The notes beneath the pieces are model-generated. The model saw nothing but the letters and a program-made list of their open reading frames with translations. It was not told the DNA's origin and searched no databases. A stretch of 64,000 nt of DNA from Flectonema sp. DT1601. Lineage: Eukaryota. The translations under genes were made by a program, and so were the position numbers. The stretch covers positions 1,302,001-1,366,000 of the forward strand of contig OZ025785.1 of assembly GCA_964019425.1 (NCBI GenBank). Reading direction: 5' to 3'. This document shows positions 23,958-40,256 of the stretch, in pieces; the first letter of the stretch is position 1; the number at the start of each line of letters is the position of its first letter.

Positions 23958-26069
23958 GTTCACTCCAGCTATTAGTAATAGTAAGCAGTAAGGCTTTGAT
24001 ATCTTCCCTTGTAAGGGAATCCTTCACAACTTTCATTCCGAATACAACTATCTCTCCAATCTTACAAAAGACTACGTCTGGTGATGAAAGAGACTCAGTC
24101 GACTATTACGACATCGGTTATTGTAATAAAGGAACTTTAACTAATAAAAATAAAATAAAATCATCCACCCTACACGACATGGTATTTGCTGACTATAAAC
24201 AAACCAGTCCATTTGAATTTACTGTGATGGAAGATCTTTGGTGTAAAAAAATAACGACATGCAGCGGGTATAGTTTTGAAAGTTTTCTAAATTATCTTCA
24301 GCTGCTTAAATTTGATAACTTAATACGATCTGACTACAGAATTAACATGGAATTGGCGGGGATTCCGTTGGTTTCAACACACGAATTTCGAACTGAAACC
24401 CGAAACAGTCAATGCAGTAGTCAACTTGAACGAGGTCAAAATAATATTTTATTATTTCCTGAACTAGTCTCAAACTCCGTCAAAGGTGTTCCCGTTGGAG
24501 GATGTGAATCAGGAATGTCCTTTATATACAACCATTATGACTTCTTTGTCTACTACAACACTCATTCACATGAGTCTGGAGAGGTTTTCATAACTGGGTT
24601 TGAAGTTCATCCTAGAAGCATTCTTTCTTGGAAATGCTCAAAAGGAGGTGTTAAAGTGTTTTCAGATGTAAAAAATGGTCCGAGAAAAGTTCAACTAACT
24701 CTGAAAAAGGTGTCGTGGACGTACTCTGTTGCGTGGATTAGAAAACCTGACAGCACTTGGTCCTCTTCTGTTGACTATTTGTTTAGAAGTAGTCGAATGA
24801 ATAAATCAATATCTGAAGAAATAGCATCAGTTCACTGGTTTCGATCAATCACGTCACTTTTGATTATATCGACTTGTTGTTCGATCGTATTTTTGTTGTT
24901 AAAAATTCACATCCGATTAGAACTTCAAAAAATTGATCTTTGCAAAGATGAAACCCTCTCACCCCAAAACATAAAGGGACCAAAAGGATGGTTCACAGTA
25001 AGACACATTCTACTGGAGCCTCCAAAGCATCCTTCTTTATTTATTTATTTTATATCGATTGGTAGTCAATTGTGTTTTATAATCGTATCGCTGGTGATTT
25101 TCATACCGTCGGGATACTTCTTTCCTTCTTGTAGGCCTTCAGTACCATTGACAGTGTCGTTGTTGTTTATTTTATCAAATTCATTGTGTGGATATGTTGC
25201 TGGAAGTTTAACTGTTGTTCTTCAGCTATCGGAGAGGTTTTCTCAGAAGATTGTGGGAGTATCACTCGTGATTCCATTGTTTACAATTATTACTTTACAC
25301 GCGATAGGTCGTTGTACCTGGTTGGTATTATTTGGCGTCTGTGTAGTTTCGTTGGTTGGAATCTCTGTTGCTTTATTCGGTGCTTCTGTTGCTGTTCGCA
25401 ATTGCCGAAAACAACGAAAGCATTCTGCTCCTGTTAGGAATACTGTGAGAAGTCCAATACCACTTTCGAATATTGCCATGGTCTTGGTATGGATTGTTTG
25501 GTTTATTGTTGTTGGTTAGCATACCTCTGGTGTTTTAAACGAGAAAATAACAACAACAACACAGCTTCCTGGAGTGTTTCCCTTTGTCGTTGCGAACTTA
25601 GAATTGAGATTGATAATGAAAGCAATCTGGCAGGTATGTTTGTTTATAAACAGTCATCCTGATTAAAGAGTTATGAAGGTATTATCTAAACAACACACAG
25701 GGACAAGTATCGAGTCTCATTATTTACTCTGAAGTATCGATTATTGTCATTGCGATGGTAGCATGCATGAGCTCAGTGTTGTTCGTTTATTACTCTCTCT
25801 GTTGTGAAGAACATCGTTGGTGGTGGAGGTCATTCTTATCATCGGTTGGTCTCGGTATATACACCTTCTTGTACGCAGTTAAACATCACTTCTCAAAGTT
25901 GGAATTCACTCGTAGTTCTGACATGACGTTTTATTATTTGTGTGTTGTTCTGATTTCGTTTATTATTTCAACGGTGGCTGGGTCTCTGGGATTTCTGTGT
26001 AGCTGGTTGTTAGTGAAAAAACTCCATACTGCAGTTGGAAAGGTTAGAAATACTACCACAGATCCCTAA
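23954..26069 (+). CDS. Transmembrane 9 superfamily (nonaspanin/EMP70) protein; join(23954..25486,25565..25633,25701..26069)
   Basis: Motifs DYYDIGYC, YRINMELAGIP, IYNHYDF, WTYSVAW, VHWF and, after splicing, GVFPFVVANLEL...IWQ and EEHRWWWRSF. Two GTATG...ACAG introns. Confidence 0.9.
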
Positions 26070-26466
26070 CTGAATAATAATATATTGATTTGGTTATTTT
26101 CTCGTGTCAGTTTTGGTTGGGTTTATGATTCGTTTTGAAAAACGTAACTTTTATTCTCTGATGTGTATTAATTGACTAAAAACTTATTTTGGGGGGGTTT
26201 TTGTTTTTGTTTTGGATTCCTCAACTCAGTTGTACTAATCTATTAGAATTTTCTTCTTTAAATTAATATTTATTATTAAGGTCGAATTTGCTCAACCTTT
26301 TTTTTTTAAAGAAATTTTCCCTTTCTTAAAAAAAATTACTTTATTTATTTACAACAAATTTAATACTTACACCGTTTTTTTTTTAGAAAATAGTAAAGAT
26401 TTGTTTGACTTTTTATTCAGATTTAATTTTTTTTTTTTTATTCACCATCAGTGTCAAAGTAGTAAG

Positions 26467-27693
26467 ATGAAGTTAATTGTCTCAGCTGGATTTTTGATTA
26501 ATTTCGTAGTCGGAATCGAGTATACTCCTGAGTTTGAGAAGAATGTGAAGGCAACTTTTATACATTCAAAGTTCAAAGACACTCCGTCAATCCCAAGAGA
26601 ACTCGACCATCAGGTTATTTCTGAGGATGAAGAAAAAGAATGGTTCGGAGATCTCTTCTACTTACAAGAGAATAGTGCTATTCAACAGATTCTAACTTGT
26701 GATGCTTGCTGGGAAATATCAATTGAAGCAGAGAGAATCTTAAGAAATCAATTACGGTACTTAACACCACGTGCGGCAGTACAACATCTACAAAGTGTAA
26801 TCTGTCTGCAAGCACCACCTCTACTTAGATTAGTGTTAGATAAGGATAATAAAGTTCTGCCTAAGTTTGGTCGTGGAAAGAAAGCTGTTGCTGGAGGTTG
26901 GGCGCAACAGGTTACTCACACGGCATGCACCGAGTGGATTCATAGCCACGACTACCATACACTTCTATCAATGGCTATTGATATTTCAAAAGGAAAAAAT
27001 CCACCTCGTCTATCAGCATGTGATGAAGAGGTTGGCTGTCACTGGCTTACACCTGGTCAAAGAACTGAAGCAGCGATAAAAGTAAAGGAAGCCAATTATC
27101 ACCGACCTGAACAATTCTACCCAGAACTTTACGGACTTCCTCAATTTCGTAAGATGGGACTCACAATGTCAAAAGAACGTAAATACTATCTGTTATACAC
27201 TGAAGAAAGAGCTAAGTTCTTGGCTCATATTGATCCTAATCACCCTCATAAATACGAACTTACAACGATGGAGTTAATCTCGTATGTTTTGTTTTTATTT
27301 TAATAAAAGTCATTCAGCTTCAATAAAAAAAAAAACACACAAAAAAAAAAAAAAAAAAAAAACAGAATGTTCATAGAAGAGAAGAACAGAGACAAGAGAG
27401 AGGAAAAGCTTCAGGAGGATATGAAAATAGCTTCAGAGAACGCAAATAAGGTATGCTTTTCATCTTTGTGTTACTTTTTTTTATTGAGTTTGGGACATAA
27501 AAATTTATACTATCAAAAAACCCGACAGCGAATTGCTCTTCAAGCTAAAATAAGAGAAATGCACGCAAAGAAAGCAGAAGCACGTAAGAAGGCTAAGGGA
27601 GAAAACCAAGAAGAAGAACCTACTTACTCTGTGCATGATGATGAAAATGATGAGAGCGAAGATATTAAAATCGATGAAAATGAGGATTTGTAA
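26467..27693 (+). CDS. Secretory-pathway protein with a saposin/Canopy-like Cys pattern; join(26467..27281,27366..27450,27529..27693)
   Basis: Signal-peptide-like N-terminus, CDAC...C...C...C...C pattern, C-terminal NEDL (ER-retention-like). Two GTATG...CAG introns keep the frame. Confidence 0.6.
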
Positions 27694-28964
27694 GTACGCA
27701 GTTTGCCATCATCTGTGGGATGTGTCATCAGTAGAAATATTTGATTTAGTTTTTCAACTTATTTGCCGTCTTTTTGCGATTGTAGAAATAACGAAACGTA
27801 ACGACGATATTGTGTGACTACCTGCTCAGGCTCTTTTATGTTGTTCCTCCCTGTTTGCCTATTGCTATGTTCTGCAGTAAGCATTACGACTTGTTGTGTT
27901 GTTTTCTTTAGTTTTTCAATGAGATTTGTCTGTTGTTGGTAGTAGGATTATTAGCACCTACCACGCCACGGTGATTGAGTTGCCAACTCGGAAATAAATA
28001 CACTTGTAACTTTATATGTGGGACTATATATAGCCCGCAGTGACGTAACCCAAGGCGGGTTTCTGCCTTGAGTAAGGTCCCAACCCAACCCTCCGATCCT
28101 CCTCTTAATTAACCCCGGTGACTGGATGTGGTTAGCTGCTTTCAAAATTCATGAGTTTTTTATTATATTTTTCTTTATCTCACGTAACTCTCGTATAGTA
28201 AGTTTTCTATTTATCTTTCGGGGTTGCATTCTCATGTGTTTTTTTTAATTTCATTTTTGCGGCATCAAAATCCTATCCTATCATTTTTTTTTTTTTTTTT
28301 TTAAATTCACGCCCACACTGAATGTGAATGAAGACAACATAGATTACTTCTTCGGTGCCCTTCACTTTAATTTTTTCACATTTCATTACTTTGTGTGTTC
28401 ACCTCTTTAGATCTGAATTATTAATGATGTTTATTGGTCTGTCAACACTTACAAGTCATGATGAAGGGTTCGCATTTTTAATTTTTTTTGCATTGAGAGG
28501 CTGGAGAGCCTCTTAATAGAGAGTGGGAAAAACCAATACGAAAAAAAAAACAAACTAAAAAACTAAAAAATAAATAAATAAATAAATAAGAAACGAAGAC
28601 CTTTAACTAAATAAATGGTTAAATTACACACGGAAAGCAGTTTTTTTTTTTTTTTTTTTTTTTTTTTGTTCAAATTCGTAGCGTATTTGAAAAAAAAAAA
28701 AAAGATTTTATGAAATGACCTGTTACCCGCAGTAGTACCACATGTGATGGAAGTTTCTCTTCCAATCATCACGAGTTATAAAGGTAAAAAAAAAAAAAAA
28801 AAATTAAGAAAAAGAGCAAGTTTGTAGTTCTCTCTCGTTTGTCAGTTTTGCCATATTATCGGTAGAACTGGCTGGTCGATACGAATGGGGTGTTTTTCCC
28901 TTTTTATGTTTTTTTAGATAAATGTAATGATATTTACTATTCGTATTCTCTCATAGCCACTACC

Positions 28965-29408
28965 ATGTCGGTGAAGCGAACTAGAGAGTTCCTCGAACTC
29001 GGTGGCGACGGAAAAGTCAATTGTGTGAAAGAGCTACTTGGAGATGCGCAACCAGTCCCGACAGAGAATACGGTAAAATGTAGTGTTAAAGATTTCTTGA
29101 ATAGAGCAAAATTAGATGACAAACCTCCAAAATGCATCGAAGGGAGAGTATCACCCTGCACTGATCAACAAGTTGAAATAGATCTCGCATTAGATGATTT
29201 GGTTCCAGTAGATAATCAAAGCACCACTGATAAGATTGATGGGGTTCTACTTCCAACAGATAAAACAAAAGAATGGATGGAAGAATCAAAGCAATCACAA
29301 GGTGTTGCTCTCACTAATATGGTGTTGTCGTTGTTTGAAAAAGATTCAAATTACGAGAGCGATGCTTCCTCATCATCGACTTCATCTGAAGTCCCAAAAG
29401 CTGACTAA
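28965..29408 (+). CDS. Hypothetical protein, weakly DUF4598/NOPCHAP1-like
   Basis: 147-aa ORF from the first ATG. VKDFLNRAK...IE...VEIDLAL recalls the DUF4598 pattern, but the family call is weak. Confidence 0.45.
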   Translation: MSVKRTREFLELGGDGKVNCVKELLGDAQPVPTENTVKCSVKDFLNRAKLDDKPPKCIEGRVSPCTDQQVEIDLALDDLVPVDNQSTTDKIDGVLLPTDKTKEWMEESKQSQGVALTNMVLSLFEKDSNYESDASSSSTSSEVPKAD

Positions 29409-29607
29409 AATCCAACAATTTGATTAGTGTTGGTTTTGTTATTTGCAGTTTACTTGTTGTACTCTTCGTTTGTTTTAGAGAATTCTTTGTGTCGGGAATC
29501 AGCTGGGAATTGCTCGTTGCCTGCCACAAGCACACAAAATAAGTAGCATCCGAAACAAAGAAGAAAAGGAAAGTAATACCTCACCTCCCCCCTAACCTCT
29601 TTGGTGA

Positions 29608-32427
<2,820 letters not shown>

Positions 32428-33124
32428 ACTCTGTGATGATGACTTGTGTTAGAAAACCTTCCTCCACCTGTCGAGCTTTATCTTTATGATAGTTGCTTGA
32501 AGTATTCTATAGCCTTCTTTTAAAAAACAGCTTTGTGCGAATACAAAATAGACAGAAAAAAAAGAAAAAAAAAAATAAAACCATGAAAAATGTAACAAAA
32601 AAAAAAAAAAAATAACTTACTAAGAGACCAAAAGATACAAGATCTCTTGTGATAAAGCCGCCTCTCCTCCTCCCCATAAAAGAAAATTAAAAAAAAAAAA
32701 AAAAAAAAAAGATTATATCCAAAACGTGAATCAGCTAACTCCTTCGCGTGTGATATTGGGTTCCCCTTCTTCCTTTGTCTTAAAAAGAATTTCTTTGTGA
32801 GTTTAAATGACGTGAATTAAACTTTCATACTTTCTCTCCCTCTTTACACATTTTTTTTTTCTTTCTGCCTCTTTGTGTACTTAGAGAGTATTCCTTTTCA
32901 CAGTTTTTTTCTTTTCGTTTTTCCTCTCTCTTTATATAGTTTTACTTTTGCAGATGTCGGTTAATTATTCTTTTGTTTAAAAACAGATTCGACAGCAACA
33001 ACAGCGGTGATGAAATGTGATAACTAAACCTGTTTTATTATTATTATTATTATTTTTTTTAAAACAGATAGTCAAGACACCCTCCGGGTGTCAACACTCT
33101 CACAATTCCGAAGTCCCCAGAACA

Positions 33125-34512
33125 ATGCATCTCGCCAAGGCAATGTACTTCATCAACACAGTTGCCGCCATCCCTTGGGGGCGGTATAAGGTTGTGTATT
33201 TTTATAGATTAGGACTGAGTGCGACACAGATTGGTGTGATGAGAGGAGCAACACACACTGCTAAGTTAATAGCATGGCCATTATGGGGAGCAGTTTGTGA
33301 TTACATAAAAGACATCAGAAGTGCTCTGATTGGATCTTTAATTACTGCGACATTCGCATTAGAGATGCTGAGGTGGTGTGGAATGGGACAAGAAGTTGGT
33401 TTTACAACCGTCATAGCGCTAGCAATCTTTAGAAGCGCCATGAACGCTGAATGGCCTTTAGTGGATGCCGCTACTATTGCGTTGGTTCAACGGCAAGAAC
33501 AGCAGCACTTAGAAAGTGGAAACAGCGGTAATGCTGAAGGCTATGGCAAGCAACGTCTCTGGGCTGCTCTAGCATGGGGAGTCGCTTCATTATATGTCGG
33601 AGTTTGCATTGACCGTTATGGTATTCAAACGGTGTTTTTATTAACTTATGCTGCAGTATTTGTTGAAATTATTATTATTTTAAAATGGTTGCCTTGTGAC
33701 CTGTGTGTCCAACCTACAGCACCTCCAACAACAAAACGCGACACGATCCTGGATTGGCCTCTTGCGTTTTTGCTGAACTGTTTAATATATTCTATGGCGT
33801 ATACCATACCTGATCAGATCGTATTGCTGCATTTGGAAGCAAGTGGGGCATCTCGATCAATTCAAGGGACGGCAATTGCTTGTAGTGTCATATTTGAGAT
33901 TCCCGTGTTTTATTATAGTGATTATCTTACTCAAATATTCTCAGCTAGAGCATTGATAACCATTGCGCAGTTTGTTTTTATCTTTCGTTTGTTATTGTAT
34001 CTGGTGGTGGTTGATTATGATTTAAGATTTATTATTCCAATTCAATTATTGAATGGATTCTCATTTGGATTGTTGTGGGCTTCAGCTGTTCCATACATTC
34101 AAAGCAACGCACCCAGTGGAAATGAAATTTTTGCTCAATCAGTGCTTTGCACTGTCTGGGGTACTCTGGGACCTGCTGTTGGTTCCATTTTGTGGGGTTA
34201 TATCTACGACAGGTACGGCATCAAGACGGTTTATCATGGTGGAATCGCAATGGTGCTTTTTACTTTGTTCACTCTAACACTACCCCGCTACTGGTGGACT
34301 GATAAGCGAGAACCTACTTTGCCAGACAGTCCGACTTTACGAGCACCAACTGTTTCGTGGCGAATTACCAGCAAACACACTCCTCTGTATGTTTTTGTGT
34401 TTTTTCAAAATTTCCATAACAACAAGATTAGTTAACTTAATAAACAAACAACAGGGAACACCTTTGTACCTCTGACGATGAGTCTCACATACATCATCAT
34501 TCTGATCGATAA
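33125..34512 (+). CDS. MFS transporter (MFSD6/MFS_1-like); join(33125..34386,34455..34512), 5' end uncertain
   Basis: About 12 hydrophobic segments; motifs GLSATQIG, PLWGAVCD, YGKQRLWAALAWG, EIPVFYYS and LNGFSFGLLW. Terminal intron gtatgt...aacag. Confidence 0.85.
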
Positions 34513-35429
34513 TTGAATTCTTCTGAAGAGAAGGAATTCATAAATAGGAGTCTGTACCTACCCCTTACATTGCAAAACTGCAAACAATTACAAATCAAGT
34601 CATACTGTAATGTTAGACTAGTGGTCGTTGCCTTAGTGTTGTATCACACAGTTCGACATTAAGTATTCTTGATATTAAATATGGAAAAAAAAAAAAAAAA
34701 ACTGCCTGTTTTTTATTTGAGGGCTCCATTGAAGGCTACTCTGTTATTGTTTTTCCTGTTTTTTTTTCTCTTTTTGTTTTTCGAAATCCTTCACTTCGAT
34801 TTCAACTCCAACTGAGTGGGTTTTGATATTACTTTTAGAGTCATCAGCAATTAGGATTGTAGTGATTACACTTTTTAGGGTGAAGAACACGATGAACCCC
34901 TTTGTGCAATTAACTGCGATTGCAACATCGGTTTTGTTGATTGTCATCATTTTCCGAATCAGAGAGCTAGTGTTTCGCTGCTTTGGAGAATGCATTGACA
35001 GGCTTTTTGAAAAATATATTTTTTTTTTTTAAAAAAATATTTTTAATATCATCGTGGTGGTCCAAGTCCCGTTCGTTCTTCACCAACAACATGACAATTT
35101 CGTGCTGAATATTACGGCACGACAAAAAAAAAAGAAGAAAAAAAAAAAAAAAAAAAAATAAGAATTTAAAAAAAAAAAAAAAAAAAAAAACAACAGTTTT
35201 GTTACGTGCCACGGATTCGGTTTCCTCACAAGCAACGTAGATCGCAACTTTCTTTTTTTTTTGATGCAGGTTCCGCATACCTCACTCATACCGCATTTTT
35301 AAATTTATTTCGTACTGCTTCGATCATTCCCATTTTGGGGTTTTAATATTGTACTTCAGAGATACCTACTTTAGTTTATTATTATCAACTAAATCGTAAA
35401 AGGGTTAGTCTCTTGTCCAACAGTACCAG

Positions 35430-37416
35430 ATGCATACAACATGTCGTCAAATTGTATTGTTTTCAGCGATTCTAACTGCAGTTTTACTGTTTTATGATCA
35501 AGCGCGATTAGCTAATAATCCGATTGTTATAAAACAAGAGATGGTACTGCTTAATCAAAGTAGCGTGTCCTTAATTGATAATGTGATTGATGATGAAGGA
35601 ATGATTCATGAAGGAGTACTGTCTGATGATGGGGAATTAGAAGTTGAACCTCCAACACTGTCAGGTAATGTATCAGGAACTCAATTGGAAAGCTCTTTAC
35701 AATTTACAAAACTTCATGAAGAGGGTTGGCAACAGCTAAGATCAACATTGCTAAAAGAGAATAGCGAAAGATATCAAGACAGAGATTTGGTAGAACAAAT
35801 ATGTAATCAGGTTGGTGATGAAGAAGACAAATGGATGTGTCGACGAAGGGGAAAACGACTCGCATTACGATTTAAGAAATACTACACAGATGATGCTGTA
35901 GTCATGCTAAACAGAAGTGGTAGTGAAAGACAATTCAGTGATAATCCTGAAAATAGTATCGGTCACATCATTGTAAGAATTGTTAATGGATCAATTCACA
36001 GTTTCACTCCTCGATGGATCGGAAATACAAGAAATCCATTCAAATTCTACGATGAACTGATCCTGAATAGGATAGTACAAGTTCGTGAACGAGGTGGATT
36101 GCATCCAAATCAAACATTCGATCTTGTTGTTCTTTATGGAGATGCCTGTCAATCATCTAATTATAATGAAAACCATCTGGCCAGTCGATTTTATCCAACT
36201 GTGTCTTATTCGTTTTCAAAGAAAAAATGTCCTCATCGGTTGGTTGCTCCGTGGATAGATATGATTCAGGTTTGGTTTTACTTTTTTTAAAAAAAAAAAA
36301 AAATGAAAAAAAAAAAAAAAAAAAAAAAACCCCCTTCAGGATATCAGTTCCAGTATATCACCAAGCCATCAACCAGAGTGGTCAACTCTCAAGGATGGTG
36401 CTATTTTCAGAGGGGCTCTTAATAACAAATATAGATTACACACCTCAATGTTATCCGTTCTTTATGGCAAGGGGTTTATTGATGCTGGATTGACCTCTAA
36501 ATATTCATGTCCAGAACTGACAAGGCAATTAAAGAACAGTTCTGATTTGTACAAAAAATTATATCCATGCAATACAAAAGGAATAACAAAAAGAGCTTTA
36601 TCATGGTTAACGATGAGAGGATATCGGTATCTGATTTCTATTGATGGAAACGGTGCTCCACTACGATTTGAGCCATACTTGAAAGCGCCAGGTGTTGTAC
36701 TGCGTGTGGGCAGTCATTATCTACAGGGATTGACGACTACTGACACTATCCCGTACGTTCATTACGTTCCAATAACTGCAAACATTTCTGGGATGAAACA
36801 GTCTTTTGACGATTCGCTCCATTGGTTAAGAAATAATCAACACATCGCTATCAATATATCAAAAGAGAGTACTCGTTGGGCTCTTAAACACACAACCGAA
36901 AGAGCAAAAAACCAAATGTGGGCAATCATATTTGCGCTTCACAGCAGGCACTGGAAGGGAGGAGAACCACCTGCGGGGATGAAAACGAACGGACCGATTA
37001 CTTGTGAAAATATTAAACAGTTTTCTGGAACTATGCATGCGAGAAAATCAATAAATACTGCATGCTCTTGGGATGATAATAAGCTGAATGATGTAATAAG
37101 TAAAGAGTTGCTGCAGGTGAAGTCTCTTAATAAACGTGAGATGGAATCAGCGAGTTTACGTTTTTTAAATTACACGGCCGAACAGCTTGATGAGATCAGA
37201 CTTCATGGCTCTGTGAGGGAAAAGTTTTTTCTTAAAAAGTTTGCTACTCATAGATTGGTATTCAAACGTAAAACACCTCGTCATACTTCAGCTCTTCTTC
37301 GTGTGGTATCAGTCTGTTCGATACCATTTGTTATGTGTGCTGTGATGTTTTTAGTTATGAAATATTTAAAGTGCCTTTCTAATAGCAGCCGATCAAAACT
37401 CAACAAACCAACTTGA
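35430..37416 (+). CDS. Glycosyltransferase family 90 (CAP10/POGLUT-like) protein; join(35430..36269,36340..37416)
   Basis: N-terminal anchor. Splicing exposes WSTLKDGAIFRG, followed by YRYLISIDGNG, RFEPYL...VL, HYVPI and WLRNN motifs; C-terminal hydrophobic helix. Confidence 0.8.
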
Positions 37417-37943
37417 GATTTATTCCTTACCACTGATATGATCAATCATATCGAATTTGTTTAGTCTGTCTTCGTCTGTTGTTTGTTTATATGATTTATT
37501 ATCAATGAACTGAGGAAATCACTCTACTCCTGCAACACATTATTGTCGCATGTCGGGTGGGGTAGTGGTAGTGATCATCGAAGGACAACTCGTAGTTGCG
37601 TAACTCGATTTCTTTTTCTTAGTTGTTTGAATAAACTACTAAGTGACCAATTGTCAATTTTTTTTTTACGAAAAACCGAAACCTCGGGTCTGTCGGTTAC
37701 AGCATTGTTTTCGGACAGTTTCTTCGGGTTTTCAAGGAACCAACACCTCACCAGCGATTCTCCAGGAATTCAAATTCCTGTTACGTAGATTGGCAGCATG
37801 CTAAAAACCATTTTATCTCTTTATTGCTTTATTGGGCTTCGATTTCAATCGCAGATCAGTCAGTTGAAGAGAGTCTTACTAAAAATACTAAAAAAAAAAC
37901 ATCAATTTACTCAGATCTTTAAAAAAAAAAAAAAAAAAAAACG

Positions 37944-39527
37944 ATGACGAGATTAGCATTATACGATACACTCCTATTCACTTTTGTTGTTAAGCAATAT
38001 GGGTGTTGTTTTTTAGGATGGTTGTGGTGGATGTGTACTTCGATGACTGGAATCCTGACAGTTATTGTGTTGGTTATATTAAAAAAGTTCCCCTCCCTGA
38101 GAGCTAAACTACTACCTAAAGTGAAGAACTCAACAAGTCGAGTAGTTCAACCAACTTCCAGGGAATCTACTACCGAAGTGAAGGAACAAATTACCACAAC
38201 TGAGACTATCGCAGAAGATGTGCGAGTGGAGGCCGTCTTAGAAGAAAAGACTCCCGCGGGGGAAGAGATCAACACTGTCGAAGCTATCATTGAAGAAGAT
38301 TCTATTCGCAATGAGACTGTCACAGAAGAGACAACCCACGTAGAAGAGGCTGTAGAAGAAGAATACACACGTGGTGTTGTTGCAGAAGAAACAATCGGTG
38401 AAGAGGAGGATGCGACTCCTGAAGACGTCATTGTAGAGGACAGAGAGGATGCTACTCGAGAGGCTATCGAAGTAGATGCCATCCAGGAAGAGGAAGCTGT
38501 CGTTGAAGAGGAGAAGCCTGTCGTTGAAGAGGAGGCTGTCGTTGAAGAGGAGAAGCCTGTCGTGGAAGAGGAGGCTGTCGTTGAAGAGGAGAGGCCTGTC
38601 GTGGAAGAGGAGGCTGTCGTTGAAGAGAGGCCTGTCGTGGAAGGAGAGGCAGTCGTTGAAGAGGAGAGGCCTGTCGTGGAAGAGGAGGCTGTCGTTGAAG
38701 AGAGGCCTGTCGTTGAAGAGGAGAAGCCTGTCGTGGAAGAGGAGGCTGTCGTTGAAGAGGAGAGGCCTGTCGTGGAAGGGGAGGCTGTCGTTGAAGAGGA
38801 GAAGCCTGTCGTGGAAGAGAGGCCTGTCGTTGAAGAGGAGAGGCCTGTCGTGGAAGAGGAGGCTGTCGTTGAAGAGAGGCCTGTCGTGGAAGGGGAGGCT
38901 GTCGTTGAAGAGGAGAAGCCTGTCGTGGAAGAGGAGGCTGTCGTTGAAGAGGAGAGGCTTGTCGTGGAAGAGGAGGCTGTCGTTGAAGAGGAGAAGCCTG
39001 TCGTGGAGGAGAAGGCTGTCGAAGAAGAGGAGGCCGTCATGGAAGATAATACTCGCGAAAAGGCCGTTGTAGAAGATGCTAACCTGGAGGAGGAGGAAGC
39101 TTATGCAACTCGCGGAGAGACTGTTGTAGAAGATGATACTCGCGAGGAAGCCGTCGCCGATGCTACTCGTGAGGAGGAGACGGTCCCGGAAGATGCCACT
39201 CATGTCGCCGATGCTTCTCGTGAAGAGGCTGTCGTGGAAGAGACATCTAGCCCGACTCACGATGAAGCAGTGGCTTCACACGAAGATGAAGATGATCATA
39301 AAAACGATACCACACAAGAATCTGTTGAAGACACTCCTACTCCTGTGAATGATGATATTCAAAATGATGCAACACCTCAGGAAGATGCCACTGAAGAAGA
39401 TACCAAGGCGGCGACTGAAAGTATCCAACGCGCACCGACGGACGACGACTTGGTATTCGTCGATGGCAACGTGCCTTCTGAGGAGCCCTGTTTACCAAAA
39501 AAGAAAAGCTGGTTTGCAAAGGAATAA
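37944..39527 (+). CDS. Membrane-anchored Glu/Val-rich repetitive protein
   Basis: 527-aa ORF with a hydrophobic N-terminus and a central EEEAVV/EEEKPVV repeat tract. Confidence 0.75.
   Translation: MTRLALYDTLLFTFVVKQYGCCFLGWLWWMCTSMTGILTVIVLVILKKFPSLRAKLLPKVKNSTSRVVQPTSRESTTEVKEQITTTETIAEDVRVEAVLEEKTPAGEEINTVEAIIEEDSIRNETVTEETTHVEEAVEEEYTRGVVAEETIGEEEDATPEDVIVEDREDATREAIEVDAIQEEEAVVEEEKPVVEEEAVVEEEKPVVEEEAVVEEERPVVEEEAVVEERPVVEGEAVVEEERPVVEEEAVVEERPVVEEEKPVVEEEAVVEEERPVVEGEAVVEEEKPVVEERPVVEEERPVVEEEAVVEERPVVEGEAVVEEEKPVVEEEAVVEEERLVVEEEAVVEEEKPVVEEKAVEEEEAVMEDNTREKAVVEDANLEEEEAYATRGETVVEDDTREEAVADATREEETVPEDATHVADASREEAVVEETSSPTHDEAVASHEDEDDHKNDTTQESVEDTPTPVNDDIQNDATPQEDATEEDTKAATESIQRAPTDDDLVFVDGNVPSEEPCLPKKKSWFAKE
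38488..39036 (+). repeat. Coding minisatellite of 18/21-bp units (gaagaggaggctgtcgtt / gaagaggagaagcctgtcgtg)
   Basis: Alternating units visible directly; they encode EEEAVV and EEE[KR]PVV. Confidence 0.9.
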
Positions 39528-40256
39528 TATCTCAATCCTCTTGTTAATCTTTAGTACTTTGATAAATATTTTCTTCGGTTTGTTTCGTCTCAATAACGAG
39601 CAGTTTGGAAGGGCGAGTGCTCGCAACCAAATGTTGTTGTTTTATAGCTCTTGATAATTGTGGAAAAATTCCAATGAGTTAGTATAAGTGCGAGATCCCT
39701 TTTGTAACGTAATAAACGGTGAACATACCCACTGTTAAATTGCGTTACTTTTATGTGGAGTGAGTGTGTTAAAATGTGTATAATCCTAAGCCAGTCGATT
39801 AAAAAAAAAAAAGGAAAGGAAAGGAAGGGAAACCAACTGGCTGAAACCAGTAAAGAAGGATTTAGTTGTGTTGCCTGTTGCTTAAACTAGGTTTTGAACA
39901 CAGAAAGAACAAAGAGAGAAAGAAAAAAAAGTAAAATCTCACCTCCAGTTTGCCTTTACTCTATCTTCTGTTGTCATAATAAGTCCAGCTATCCTAACGC
40001 ATTCGTGACTGTGTTTTGTTTAAGTAATACAGCATTACCTTGCCGTAAATAGAAGGATTGGTTTTGATGTTTTATAATGTTAGTAATGTTTTCTTTTGCA
40101 GGAAAACAATCCGCTTACAACATTCTTATATCTGCGGAGGTAGAAAGATGACACATCGATTCTTAATATTGTGTGATTGATGTGATATTCAGATGGTCAA
40201 TAAAATTGTAATAATTTCATCTCTCAGCTTCTATCACTTTTATCAAACTCATCAAC

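Noticed and set aside
38147..39260. Long antisense and alternative-frame ORFs (S/T-rich, LLFND, KRRLS repeats)
   Set aside because: By-products of the stop-free coding minisatellite.
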